Shown: positions 29,270 to 39,322 of the stretch, one piece after another
Layout of the letters: each line of letters begins with the position of its first letter
How positions within the stretch are numbered: the first letter of the stretch is position 1
Assembly: GCA_942491115.1 (NCBI GenBank)
Contig: CALNZV010000019.1
Span: 42,142-106,141 of the forward strand
Direction: 5' to 3'
DNA: 64,000 nucleotides
Source of the DNA: an uncultured Desulfobacteraceae bacterium
GTDB taxonomy: Bacteria > Desulfobacterota > Desulfobacteria > Desulfobacterales > UBA5852
Program-made: the position numbers and the translations under genes
The notes under the pieces: model-generated
Database searches by the model: none
Seen by the model: only the letters and a program-made list of their open reading frames with translations
What the model was told of the DNA's origin: nothing

Positions 29270-29986
29270 ATGGCTGTCGTCGACTACACCCTTAAAAAAC
29301 AGATCGCCGTCATATCTCTCGACTCCGGTGAAAACCGCTTCAACCCCGACTTCATCAAGCGGCTCCTGGACGTTCTGGACGATATCGAACATCGCACCTC
29401 CGCAACGGTTGTCGTGGCTCACTCCACCCACGACAAAATTTTCTCCAACGGTATCGACCTGGAATGGCTCTCCCCTATACTGCAAAACGGTGAGACCCAT
29501 AGGGCCAAAGACTTCTTTCGTCTCCTGAACCGACTTTTCGTCCGAATGCTCAGCTTCCCGGCCATTACTATCGGCGCTATAAACGGCCATGCATTTGCCG
29601 GTGGGGCCATCTTCTCCTCCACCTTTGATTTTCGATTCATGCAGACAGGCCGGGGGTTTTTCTGTCTGCCGGAGATCGATATCAATATTCCCTTCCTGCC
29701 GGGAATGAACGCTATCCTGGGTAAAGCCATACCCCGCTATCAACTCGACCTGATGGAACTCACCGGCGCGCGGCTGACCGCCGAAGAATGCGAGGCCCAT
29801 CACATCATTCTCAAGGCATGCCCGCCAGAAACATTGATAGCGGATGCGATGCGGTTTGCCGAAGCCCTCAACAAAAAGCGGGAAACCATCGCAGAAATGA
29901 AACGCCGACTGAATCGCAAGATCATTCAAACCATCGAAACCGAAGACGAACCTTACATCGCCTCGGGCATCTTTCATATCGGGTAG
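29270..29986 (+). CDS. Enoyl-CoA hydratase/isomerase family protein (track start 29219)
   Basis: GENRFNPDF, FSNGIDL, INGHAFAGG, LPEIDINIPF. Confidence 0.9.
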   Translation: MAVVDYTLKKQIAVISLDSGENRFNPDFIKRLLDVLDDIEHRTSATVVVAHSTHDKIFSNGIDLEWLSPILQNGETHRAKDFFRLLNRLFVRMLSFPAITIGAINGHAFAGGAIFSSTFDFRFMQTGRGFFCLPEIDINIPFLPGMNAILGKAIPRYQLDLMELTGARLTAEECEAHHIILKACPPETLIADAMRFAEALNKKRETIAEMKRRLNRKIIQTIETEDEPYIASGIFHIG

Positions 29987-30019
29987 CACCGCACCTTCTG
30001 ATACGCATCGGAGAGCCAC

Positions 30020-30181
30020 ATGGAAGCCATCGCTGTGGGGATTTCTGTGTTGGGCATTCTCGTCGCCGGGTTTGCCATTGCGGCGCTTCGCCGGCGAACA
30101 GAAAAGCCACCATCGTCAGCCCGCTATGTGTGCAACCAATGCAATCGGGACGATTGCATCTGTGAGGTCAACGAGGACTGA
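30020..30181 (+). CDS. 53-aa single-TM microprotein with C-terminal CxxC-x4-CxC (not in the ORF track)
   Basis: GGAGAG RBS; MEAIAVGISVLGILVAGFAIAALRRRTEKPPSSARYVCNQCNRDDCICEVNED*. Confidence 0.7.
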   Translation: MEAIAVGISVLGILVAGFAIAALRRRTEKPPSSARYVCNQCNRDDCICEVNED

Positions 30182-30260
30182 GACATCCAGCCGGCAGCCA
30201 TTAGATGCACCGCACTGCCGGTGAGAGGCGACGCTCCCAAATCGTTTTCGAAAGGAGGGC

Positions 30261-31097
30261 ATGATGACCACCTCCCGGGTCACCTATCTCACCCCCGACG
30301 ACTTCAGACGCCATATCGAAAATCGTCGAGAAAAGGATTATCTCCTAATCGATGTTCGTCAACCTCACGAATACGCCGACGGCCATCTTCCGGGGTCCCA
30401 ACTGATGCCCCTGATGGAATTCGAGGCCAATCTTTACCATCTGCCCCTGGACAGGGAGCTCATCTTTTACTGCCACTCCGGATCTCGATCGAAGATGGCC
30501 GCTCTACTGGCCGAAGAAGCCGAGGTGACCGAAGGGGCCATCATTCACTTGGAGGGCGGCATGCTGGCGTGGGAGGGCGGCATTGCTTCCGATATGCCAA
30601 AAGTAGAGCTCTTCGATGGCGCCCTGGACGGCGATGCCTATTTGGGTCGTGCCATGGAGCTCGAAAAAGGCGCCTATCGCTTCTACCGAGGCCTGATGGA
30701 ACGCTACCCGGACAGTCCCTTCTCACCGGTGATCGCCAACCTGGTGAAAGCAGAAGAAGCCCATGCTCGAATGGTTTATGGATTTTGGAGACGACAGGTC
30801 CCCGACGCTCCCCCTTTTGAGGTTGTCTTCGATCAAATGGCGGGTGAAATCATGGAGGGCGGGGCCCGTCTCGAGGACGCCCTGGACTACATCGGCAACG
30901 TTTCCGTCAGACAATGCCTGACGGTGCTGGAGTTCTCCCTCGACATCGAGATCGCGGCCTACGACCTGTATCGACGGCTGGCGGATACCGTGTCAGAGAG
31001 CACCGCCAGGGACACCTTCTTTGCCATCGCCCAGGCCGAAAAGCGTCATATGAAGCAGCTGGCCGCGGCCGTCGAGAATTGCGGTTCAAAGGAGTGA
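30261..31097 (+). CDS. Rhodanese domain plus ferritin-like (rubrerythrin-type) domain fusion
   Basis: LIDVRQPHEYADGHLPG, FYCHSGSRS, LEGGMLAW; then AMELEKGAYRFY, EEAH, EIAAYDLY, EKRH. Confidence 0.85.
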   Translation: MMTTSRVTYLTPDDFRRHIENRREKDYLLIDVRQPHEYADGHLPGSQLMPLMEFEANLYHLPLDRELIFYCHSGSRSKMAALLAEEAEVTEGAIIHLEGGMLAWEGGIASDMPKVELFDGALDGDAYLGRAMELEKGAYRFYRGLMERYPDSPFSPVIANLVKAEEAHARMVYGFWRRQVPDAPPFEVVFDQMAGEIMEGGARLEDALDYIGNVSVRQCLTVLEFSLDIEIAAYDLYRRLADTVSESTARDTFFAIAQAEKRHMKQLAAAVENCGSKE

Positions 31098-31130
31098 ACC
31101 GTCAACGACATGCCCGTTGCCGCCTGACCT

Positions 31131-32810
31131 ATGACTCGGGGAAAACGCTCCATGATCGACCGGCAATCCGCGTTTGAGGCAGCGGTTGCATTCCACAACC
31201 GCACCAAACATCATTTCCATCGGTATGCACGGTCCCCGGGTTCTATGGACTGGGAGAACCAGCCCAGTCCATTCCGGTTTCACGAAGGCACCTCAAGGGT
31301 ATCCCTCCCCCTGCTGAAAAGCGACCCCCCGAAAGCGTTCGACGGGCAAACCGGACCCGGTCCACCGGCAGGGTCTCCCCTCGACCTTGCCAGTCTCTCC
31401 GGATTCCTGGAGCTGTCCATGGGGCTTTCTGCTTGGAAGGCCCACGGCGATAGCAAATGGGCCCTTAGAATCAACCCATCCAGCGGTAACCTGCACCCGA
31501 CGGAACTCTATCTGCTGACCCCTACCCTGGCCCATTTGAAAGGCGCTCTTTACCACTATTCACCCTACGACCATTGCCTCGAAACCCGACTCTCAGTGCC
31601 ACCGTCCGTCGCCTCGATCCTCGATGGCCACTTCGGCGGCAGGGGGGTGTTGATCGCCCTTGCCACCATCTATTGGCGAGAGGCCTGGAAGTACGGTGAA
31701 CGGGCCTATCGGTATTGCCATCTTGACATCGGCCACGCCCTGGCGGCTCTGTGCTTTTCCGCCAGGCTCTGGGGGTGGCGCCTGACGGTTCTCGATGGCC
31801 TCGGCGACTCTGAGATGAAACGAATCACGGGTGGGGATCGCATTCAATGGCTGGCAGGCGAAGAAGAATACACAGATCTGATCGGCTGGGTGTCAGCGGC
31901 GTCAACAAAAACGGTCCCGAACGCACTCCCCGACGCGTTTATCACCATGGTTGGCAGTCAACCCCTGCAGGGTCGCCCCGTCCCCCTCGGGGGTAGTCCG
32001 GTTCGATGGAGTCAAATTTACCGGACGGCAGGAATCCTCAAAAAGCCTCCGGCGGTTTCTGACACCCGAACCGGGGATGCAGGAACGTCCCATCGGGTAC
32101 CTCACGCCTCCTTTACTCCGTCGGCCTCCATCATTCGACAGCGCAGGAGCGCTGTCGCATTCGACTCGAAGCGCGGCATCAGCCTTGAACAGATGATCTC
32201 GATTCTCTACCCCACTTTGCCCTTCGACAAATCTCCCCCCTTTGATTCCCGGATCCGAACGGAGATCGACCTGATGGTATTCGTCCATGAAGTGGACGGG
32301 CTCGATAGGGGTCTCTACGGGTGGATACGAAACCCCGACCATATCGACCACCTGAAAGCCGACACACGACAGACGTTTTTCTGGGAAAAGATCGAGAAGG
32401 GTTATCCCCTCTACCGGTTGGCTCACGGTGACTTCAAAACTATTGCCTCCCGGTTGAGCTGCCATCAGGCCATTGCAGGGGACAGTTGTTTTTCACTCAT
32501 GATGGTGGGACGCCTCGAAGAAATCCTCCAGAACCACCCGTGGCGATATCCGCAGCTTTTTTGGGAGGCCGGCATGATCGGACATGTCCTCTATCTGGGC
32601 GCGGAAGCCCAAGGGGTCAGAGGAACCGGTATCGGCTGCTATTTCGACGATCCAGTTCACGAGCTGCTTGGCTTTTCCTCAAACAACTGGCAAAGTTTGT
32701 ATCATTTCACCATCGGACACCCCATTGAAGACCGCCGGATAGAAACCCTGCCGCCATACGGCCACATTGACGCCACCCGATGGGGTCGGTTTCGACAACT
32801 GGAAAAGTGA
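31131..32810 (+). CDS. SagB/ThcOx-family tandem nitroreductase-fold (FMN) oxidoreductase
   Basis: LRINPSSGNLHPTELY, WKYGERAYRY..D.GH, second domain RQRRSA and GTGIGCYFDD. Confidence 0.85.
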   Translation: MTRGKRSMIDRQSAFEAAVAFHNRTKHHFHRYARSPGSMDWENQPSPFRFHEGTSRVSLPLLKSDPPKAFDGQTGPGPPAGSPLDLASLSGFLELSMGLSAWKAHGDSKWALRINPSSGNLHPTELYLLTPTLAHLKGALYHYSPYDHCLETRLSVPPSVASILDGHFGGRGVLIALATIYWREAWKYGERAYRYCHLDIGHALAALCFSARLWGWRLTVLDGLGDSEMKRITGGDRIQWLAGEEEYTDLIGWVSAASTKTVPNALPDAFITMVGSQPLQGRPVPLGGSPVRWSQIYRTAGILKKPPAVSDTRTGDAGTSHRVPHASFTPSASIIRQRRSAVAFDSKRGISLEQMISILYPTLPFDKSPPFDSRIRTEIDLMVFVHEVDGLDRGLYGWIRNPDHIDHLKADTRQTFFWEKIEKGYPLYRLAHGDFKTIASRLSCHQAIAGDSCFSLMMVGRLEEILQNHPWRYPQLFWEAGMIGHVLYLGAEAQGVRGTGIGCYFDDPVHELLGFSSNNWQSLYHFTIGHPIEDRRIETLPPYGHIDATRWGRFRQLEK

Positions 32811-32876
32811 CCGATCCCACGCCTGGGGCCCGTCCGGGCCGTTCGTTCCGCTTAGTTTACCCTTGAAATCATTGAC

Positions 32877-34040
32877 ATGATGGACTATGCCGGACATCAT
32901 TTCACCTGGGACACACCCCCGATGACCCCACAGGATATAGCGAAATTTCATCAACGCCTTCTGTCCTGGTTTCATGACAACCAGCGGCCGCTGCCCTGGC
33001 GGCACACCCGGGACCCATTCCCGATCTGGGTGTCGGAAGTCATGCTTCAACAAACCCAGGTTCAGACCGTCATCCCCTATTATCTCCGGTTTATGGACCG
33101 CTTTCCGACGGTATCCGCATTGGCGGCATCCCACACACAGATGGTGCTAAAACTATGGGAAGGCCTTGGTTACTACAGCAGGGCCAGGCATCTTCACCGG
33201 GCATGCCGGGTATTGGTGGAATCGACCGGCGGTCGGATCCCTGAAAACGTCAATGACTTCAGGAAATTGCCTGGGGTGGGTCCTTACATCGCCAATGCCG
33301 TGATGAGTATGGCCTTCGGCCATCCCCTTGCCGTGGTCGACGGCAACGTCAAGCGGGTTTTAGCCCGGATCCATCTGAAACACTGGCCGGTCAATCACCA
33401 AAGTACCCACAGCGCCTATCAGGCGGCGGCTGATGACCTGTTGGCCCCCGGTGATCCTGGTAACTACAACCAAGCGATCATGGAACTGGGGGCATTGATC
33501 TGCAGGCCCCGGTCTCCCCGCTGCAGGGATTGCCCAGTCAGCGACAACTGTCTGGCGTTTAAAGAAAAAGTGACGGCCACCGTTCCGATACGGATCAAAA
33601 GGAAACCGGTGCCTGAAATCCCGATGATGACCGCTGTGATCTGGCGGCGGAAACGACTGCTGCTGATTCAACGGCCCGATCACGGCCTTTTGGGCGGACT
33701 CTGGGAATTTCCAGGGGGAGCGTTGGATGGGCCCTCCGATGCCGAAGCGGTAAAACGACGCCTCATCCAGGACATCAGTGGGCTTGCGGTCAGGGTATTG
33801 GGCTTTCTGGGGACCGTCCGCCACGCCTACACCCATTTCAGGGTTCGCACAGAAATCGTCGTCTGCAGCGCCCCCAAGGGAAAAGTGAGGCCCAAGAGCG
33901 GGACCTCTTTTCGCTGGTTGCCCATGGAGTCGGCAGACGAGCTTCCGTTGCCAAAAGTCCAGCAGAAAATTCTTGCCCGACTGAGAGCCTCCTCGGGAGC
34001 GTTTCCTTTGGCTGGCCATCCATCGACAGGGCAGTGGTGA
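32877..34040 (+). CDS. mutY: A/G-specific adenine glycosylase
   Basis: WVSEVMLQQTQV, WEGLGYYSRAR, LPGVGPY..VDGNV (HhH-GPD), CRPRSPRCRDCPVSDNC 4Fe-4S motif, GLWEFPG NUDIX-like tail. Confidence 0.96.
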   Translation: MMDYAGHHFTWDTPPMTPQDIAKFHQRLLSWFHDNQRPLPWRHTRDPFPIWVSEVMLQQTQVQTVIPYYLRFMDRFPTVSALAASHTQMVLKLWEGLGYYSRARHLHRACRVLVESTGGRIPENVNDFRKLPGVGPYIANAVMSMAFGHPLAVVDGNVKRVLARIHLKHWPVNHQSTHSAYQAAADDLLAPGDPGNYNQAIMELGALICRPRSPRCRDCPVSDNCLAFKEKVTATVPIRIKRKPVPEIPMMTAVIWRRKRLLLIQRPDHGLLGGLWEFPGGALDGPSDAEAVKRRLIQDISGLAVRVLGFLGTVRHAYTHFRVRTEIVVCSAPKGKVRPKSGTSFRWLPMESADELPLPKVQQKILARLRASSGAFPLAGHPSTGQW

Positions 34041-34166
34041 AGGATTCGATACGGCACTGTATACAATATTGCAGGCATTGTATCATTTTATATCCGAATT
34101 TCATCGACCAATGAAACACTGCCACCGGGGAGGGGACACCGGTATACCGAAGGGATGAGGTGAGGG

Positions 34167-34541
34167 ATGGACCCGGTACTGGTTTTAGGAGCTGGATTGG
34201 GATTGGCGATCGGAAGCATGGGATACGTATTGTTTGCTTTTATGGCTCGCCCGATCATGGGTTACCACCGCATCAAAATCCGCATCGCTCGCTTGTTTCC
34301 GGGTGGAAAACCATCGGAAAACGCCGCCGACTATCGCCGCAGTGCCCTGGACCTTGCGGATCAACTCCGGAACTGCTACGACTCGGATCTTCCATCATGG
34401 TACAAACAAGTGCTTCAAAATCGGAACGAACTCCCCTTGGAAGCGGTTACCAGCCTCCAGAGACTATCGACGACCACGCATCCGGGCACTGCCGCAAGAC
34501 ATGTCGGAAATATATTTAACATTCTGAAATTATTTAAATAA
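34167..34541 (+). CDS. Hypothetical N-terminally membrane-anchored protein
   Basis: Hydrophobic N-terminus; GAGGTGAGGG upstream. Confidence 0.6.
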   Translation: MDPVLVLGAGLGLAIGSMGYVLFAFMARPIMGYHRIKIRIARLFPGGKPSENAADYRRSALDLADQLRNCYDSDLPSWYKQVLQNRNELPLEAVTSLQRLSTTTHPGTAARHVGNIFNILKLFK

Positions 34542-34736
34542 AAAGAAGTAGAGGCAGTCGTTACCATCCCCCCCCCATTGCCGAGCCTTTGGGCACTATA
34601 TCGCCGGCGCACGGTGCCATTTCGGGTGTCTCAAAATTCCTTTTAAGAATTTCCGGTAGATCTGGTATTTATTTTGCTTATATCAACCGTCATTTTGCAG
34701 AATTAACGGACGATCAGGCAAGACCATTGAAAAGGG

Positions 34737-34764
34737 TTGACATGACGGGGATTTGGGATAAGAT
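34737..34764 (+). promoter_or_regulatory. Candidate sigma70 promoter for the ycbK-like gene
   Basis: TTGACA-N16-TAAGAT in an AT-rich intergenic region. Confidence 0.55.
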
Positions 34765-34816
34765 GCGCGACCATCCACAGAATAATAATTTATATAATCA
34801 TTTTAATGTATTGCCT

Positions 34817-35371
34817 ATGAACAACCATCCTTTGTCAAGGCGGCGTTTTCTGAGGGCCAGCCTATTGGCCCTCTCAGGGTTATGCCTTCCGATACCTCCA
34901 GCAGCCCTTGCCGCCATTACCCCCCCCGCCGATCGACGTATACATTTATACAACACCCATACGAATGAACACCTGAGCGTATGCTACTGCCACAACAATC
35001 GATACCACCCCGACGCAATGAATCGCATCAATCATATCCTAAGGGACCACCGAACGGGAGATGTCAGGCCAATATCCCCCAAGCTCATCGATATCGCCCA
35101 TGCCATCGGAGAGCGGTTGGGTGGCTCGCCCCAGATCCATATTATATCGGGTTACCGGTCTCCGGTCACCAATGCGAGGCTTCGTCAAAAGAGTCGGGGC
35201 GTGGCCAAGAAGAGCTACCATATGCAGGGACAAGCCGTCGATATCCGCATCCCTTCGATCCCCACCCATCGGTTGCGGCGGATTGCCAGGGATCTCAGGC
35301 TGGGAGGCGTCGGTTACTATGCCAAATCAGATTTCGTGCATGTGGATACCGGTCCGGTTAGGATCTGGTAG
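34817..35371 (+). CDS. YcbK/DUF882 (MepK-like, peptidase M15) Tat-exported peptidoglycan peptidase
   Basis: Tat signal SRRRFLR, LYNTHTNE, LRDHR, ISGYRSP.TN..LR, SYHMQGQAVD, FVHVDTG. Confidence 0.9.
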   Translation: MNNHPLSRRRFLRASLLALSGLCLPIPPAALAAITPPADRRIHLYNTHTNEHLSVCYCHNNRYHPDAMNRINHILRDHRTGDVRPISPKLIDIAHAIGERLGGSPQIHIISGYRSPVTNARLRQKSRGVAKKSYHMQGQAVDIRIPSIPTHRLRRIARDLRLGGVGYYAKSDFVHVDTGPVRIW

Positions 35372-35380
35372 GCGAGCGGA

Positions 35381-37180
35381 TCAGCCGATAGACAACCGCT
35401 CAGATAATGCGGTCGCCAGTGGTAAATCCCTTCCGTAGATGTCATTTCTGAAATGAAGTATCCCATCATCGCTCACCCATGCGGTCCAATAGAGCAGATG
35501 AATATCGATGGGCCGCTTTAGCTGCACCGTCAGTTTCTCCCCATTGTTCAGCCGGCTTTCGATCTGTCCGACGCTCCATTCATCCTGGCCTTTCAATAGG
35601 TATTCCGCTAGCCACAGGGGGCGCTCCACCCGTATGCAGCCCGAGCTATAACCACGACTGGCGGCCTCGAAAAGCCTACGGGCGGGGGTGTCGTGGAGAT
35701 AGACCGCAAATTTATTGGGAAACATGAACTTGATGCGACCCAGGGCGTTTTGAGGACCCGGATCCTGACGCAGCCGATAGGGAAAATTGCGACGATTGAT
35801 TTGGGGCCAATCGATGGCGAGGGGGTCCAGCTCGACGGCCGTTTCGGACCAGTTGGAAAACACACGAAAACCATTATCCTGAATAAAATGATAATCCCGT
35901 TGAATTTTTGGCAGCAGATCTTGCACGGCAAGTTTGTAAGGAACATTCCAGTAGGGATTCAGCACCAGATAGGTCATGCGACTGCTAAATACCGGCGTCT
36001 TGCGGAAAGGCCTTCCAACGATCACTTTCATTTCAGATGCCGGACGGCCATTTTCCACCACGGTTAAAGAAAAATCGGCAATATTGACCAAAAGATATCG
36101 CTCACCCAGGTCATGGGGTATCCATCTCCATCGCTCCATGTTGATTTCGATTTGCCGGACGCGTTCCTCCACCGTGACATTCAATTGCTCCCGGGTTTTT
36201 TTCCCGACAACACCGTCAGCTTCGATCCCGTGGCGCCGCTGGAAGGCTCTGACCGCCTCCTCGAGGGAGATATCGAAGAGATACCGATTGTCGCTATTCA
36301 CGTCGGTGAGATCACCGGACACGCTCAGCCGAGTTCTCAGAGCCTCCACACCAGGATCGTCGTCACCCAGTTTCAGACTTTCTCCATCAGGAACAAGGGG
36401 CCAACCGCCTGATTCGGCAATGGCTCTGTAGGTCGCCAAAGCCTTTTTCATCCCGACATACCCGACATGGGATGGGTGCAAACCGCTCAGGGCCTCCTTT
36501 ACGCGCTGGGTTTCAATCGCCTCCTCGAGCAAGCGGCTTAAATCCAATTCAACCTGGAAGGCGATCCACTCACTGTGAATCGTTTCAGGGTTCACCCTTC
36601 CGCCGTAGAGATGGGAGCCAAGCAGAAGGAAGGCATCCGTCATGAGAATGTCTGCCTCCCCAAGGATTTTGATATGGATGGGCATTCCCAGTTGAAGCTT
36701 CAAATCGATCTCTTCAACCAACCGTTCAATGGCCGACAGGTGATAAACCGAAGGAACGAGGCCATAGTCTTTTGCGCTGCGGATGCACGTCAACAAGTCA
36801 AATGCCTGGGATGAAATATTTTCAGAGGTTATCCATGCGGGTTCATAATGCCGTCGCTGGTAAAAGCCCGGCAGCAAGCTGGGGCCGCAGATGAGCTCTC
36901 CTGCACAGGAAAACGTGGCACTGGTGCTCCTGCTTTCGATAAGGGTACGGATATGTTCGGATTCGCTCGAAAGGCTGTCGATCGGTCCCGCCCCTTGGTC
37001 GGGGACGGCCCAGCCTTTGGTTGAAAGACACATCAATGTCAATAAAGATAGAACGATCGCCCAGGTGACACATCCCAGAAACGGAAGGGAATTCGAGGGG
37101 AAGTTGGATGTTCCGGGTGCCACGTGTGAGTGCCTCCTTGTGATCACTTTGCTGTGAGGGTGGTAGGAGTCGCCGATCAT
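35381..37180 (-). CDS. YcbB/LdtD-like L,D-transpeptidase with PG-binding domain (true start may lie downstream)
   Basis: AVRAFQRRHGIEADGVVG, NMERWRW, VIVGRPFRKTP, NPYWNVP, LGRIKFMFPN..VYLHDTP, SSGCIRVE. Confidence 0.92.
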   Translation of the reverse strand: MIGDSYHPHSKVITRRHSHVAPGTSNFPSNSLPFLGCVTWAIVLSLLTLMCLSTKGWAVPDQGAGPIDSLSSESEHIRTLIESRSTSATFSCAGELICGPSLLPGFYQRRHYEPAWITSENISSQAFDLLTCIRSAKDYGLVPSVYHLSAIERLVEEIDLKLQLGMPIHIKILGEADILMTDAFLLLGSHLYGGRVNPETIHSEWIAFQVELDLSRLLEEAIETQRVKEALSGLHPSHVGYVGMKKALATYRAIAESGGWPLVPDGESLKLGDDDPGVEALRTRLSVSGDLTDVNSDNRYLFDISLEEAVRAFQRRHGIEADGVVGKKTREQLNVTVEERVRQIEINMERWRWIPHDLGERYLLVNIADFSLTVVENGRPASEMKVIVGRPFRKTPVFSSRMTYLVLNPYWNVPYKLAVQDLLPKIQRDYHFIQDNGFRVFSNWSETAVELDPLAIDWPQINRRNFPYRLRQDPGPQNALGRIKFMFPNKFAVYLHDTPARRLFEAASRGYSSGCIRVERPLWLAEYLLKGQDEWSVGQIESRLNNGEKLTVQLKRPIDIHLLYWTAWVSDDGILHFRNDIYGRDLPLATALSERLSIG

Positions 37181-37238
37181 ATCGGCAGAAAATTATTCAA
37201 CACACCAAAGTTCTTCTGAATATCGATCCAGTCAAGTC

Positions 37239-37754
37239 TTGACAATCGAGACCACAAAACCCTATACCGGCCCCATGCTGAGTGATATCGAAAAGAAGGT
37301 GATCGCCGCCATTCAAGGGGATATCCCGGTCACCGCAAAGCCATACGGAGCGCTCGCCTCTCAAGCGGGCATATCTGAAAAATCGTTCCTATCAGTCCTT
37401 TCCGAACTGTGCAAGGGGGGGGTCGTTCGCCGCTTCGGGGCAACCCTAAAACATCAAAAATCAGGATATGCCGCAAATGCCATGGGCGCGTGGCAGGTGA
37501 ACGAATCCCGAATTGAAGAAGTCGGCGTGATCATGGCGTCCCAACGCCAGATCTCTCATTGCTATCGCAGGGATCCCGCACCGGACTGGCCGTACAATCT
37601 CTACACGATGATTCATGCGGAAAGCAAATCGGCCTGCCGGCAGCTGGCCCGCAACCTTTCCGTAAAAACAGGGGTTGAACGCTACACTCTCCTGTTTAGT
37701 ATCCGGGAACTCAAGAAAACGTCCATGACCTATTTCGCTAATGAAGACGACTGA
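37239..37754 (+). CDS. ahbB: Siroheme decarboxylase beta subunit (Lrp/AsnC-like, NirH type)
   Basis: RRFGATLKHQKSG..ANAM.AW, SHCYRR..DWPYNLYTMIH. Confidence 0.85.
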   Translation: MTIETTKPYTGPMLSDIEKKVIAAIQGDIPVTAKPYGALASQAGISEKSFLSVLSELCKGGVVRRFGATLKHQKSGYAANAMGAWQVNESRIEEVGVIMASQRQISHCYRRDPAPDWPYNLYTMIHAESKSACRQLARNLSVKTGVERYTLLFSIRELKKTSMTYFANEDD

Positions 37755-37766
37755 ACCCGCCTGCTA

Positions 37767-39098
37767 TTGAGCACCACTTCCCCACATATCCTTCTCGTCA
37801 ACCCCTGGATCCATGATTTCGCGGCATACGATGTCTGGGCCAGTCCTCTCGGGCTATTAGGGTTGGCTGCCATCCTGAGAGAAAGCGGATTCACCGTCAC
37901 ATACTACGATTGCCTCAACCGCTTTCATGCCAGGAGCGAACGGCCACCCAGCCACCATCGATGCGGCCGTGGTCCCTATGTAAAGACCGAGGTGCCCAAA
38001 CCTCCGGGACTCGAGGACATTCCACGGCGCTACTGCCGCTATGGGGTAAAAGGAGAATGGTTCAAAGAGGATTTAAAGGCCCTTCCCGCGCCGGATCTGG
38101 TTCTGGTCACTTCGATCATGACTTATTGGTACCCAGGGGTGGCGGAGACCATTCGACGGTTGAGGCGCCAATGGCCCAATACGACCATCGTTCTTGGAGG
38201 CATCTATGCCACGCTTTGCCGAGACCACGCCATGGCTCACTCCGGCGCAGATCGAGTGGTGTCGGGTTTCGTCGGTCGAGACATTGTCCGTCTAGCGGCG
38301 GAAGAGACCGGATGGGCGCCGGATACCGTCCAGCGACCGAATGCCTGCCCAGACGCCTATCCATTCCCGGCGTTCGATCTGCAGACGCGGATTCCCTTCG
38401 TCGCCCTCCTGTCATCGGTGGGCTGCCCATTTTCCTGCGACTATTGCGCCTCGCCACTGCTGAGCCCGGGGAGGTGGGTTCAATCCCCAGGCCGGGTCGA
38501 ATCGGAAATACAGTACTGGCATCATCGACACGGTGTCAGGGATTTCGCGTTTTACGATGATGCATTGCTGGTGGACGAGACCCACGCGCTGCCGTTGCTG
38601 GACCGTCTTGCCCGAATGCCCCAGAAAATCCGTTTCCACACCCCCAACGCCCTTCACATCCGGGCGATTACCTCCCAGATCGCCACGTTGCTCAAACGCG
38701 CCGGTTTTCACACGGTTCGACTGGGGCTTGAAACCACTGGCCGACGGGAACTGGATCGAAAAACAAGCGTCGAGCAATTCGAAACCGCCGTCGAACACCT
38801 CAAGGCCGCGGGCTTTGGGAAAGACGAATTGGGGGCATACCTTCTGGTTGGCCTGCCGAATCAGCCCATCAGAGAAATCGAAGAAGCCATTCTATGGGTC
38901 AAACAAATGGGAGTCAGGCCGATACCGGCCTATTATACGCCAATTCCGGGCACCAAACTGTGGGCAGAGGCTGTTCGCTCCTCCCGATATGACCTTGATT
39001 CCGATCCTGTTTTTTCTAATAACACGCTTCTACCTTGCCGTAGAGACCCTTTTTCCTGGGATGTCGTTCAGCGAATCAAGCGATGTTTGGCAAAATAG
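37767..39098 (+). CDS. Cobalamin-binding-domain radical SAM protein
   Basis: LLVNPWIHDF..PLGLL, VTSIMTYWY, LGGIYAT; GCPFSCDYC, FYDDALL, RLGLET. TTG start. Confidence 0.85.
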   Translation: MSTTSPHILLVNPWIHDFAAYDVWASPLGLLGLAAILRESGFTVTYYDCLNRFHARSERPPSHHRCGRGPYVKTEVPKPPGLEDIPRRYCRYGVKGEWFKEDLKALPAPDLVLVTSIMTYWYPGVAETIRRLRRQWPNTTIVLGGIYATLCRDHAMAHSGADRVVSGFVGRDIVRLAAEETGWAPDTVQRPNACPDAYPFPAFDLQTRIPFVALLSSVGCPFSCDYCASPLLSPGRWVQSPGRVESEIQYWHHRHGVRDFAFYDDALLVDETHALPLLDRLARMPQKIRFHTPNALHIRAITSQIATLLKRAGFHTVRLGLETTGRRELDRKTSVEQFETAVEHLKAAGFGKDELGAYLLVGLPNQPIREIEEAILWVKQMGVRPIPAYYTPIPGTKLWAEAVRSSRYDLDSDPVFSNNTLLPCRRDPFSWDVVQRIKRCLAK

Positions 39099-39322
39099 AT
39101 ATCCCTAAGCCCGACTCCAAATCGATAGATGGGAATGATTGACGAAAATTTGGGGCTTTGTTAAATCCCCATTATTGATCAGTGACCCAACCGTCATTGT
39201 GTATATCGACAACCTTGCCCCTTATCCGTTCATCCGGAAAGCCCGCTGGCGGGCTCCCGTTGCCGGTTTTTTCGAATGATTCATCGAGAGGCGTGGATAA
39301 CCATCCATGAAACGCCACGGTT

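Noticed and set aside
30020-32810. RiPP (azole) cluster: SagB dehydrogenase with the 53-aa peptide as precursor
   Set aside because: No YcaO, transporter or protease nearby. The peptide has a TM anchor, and stand-alone SagB-like proteins are common.
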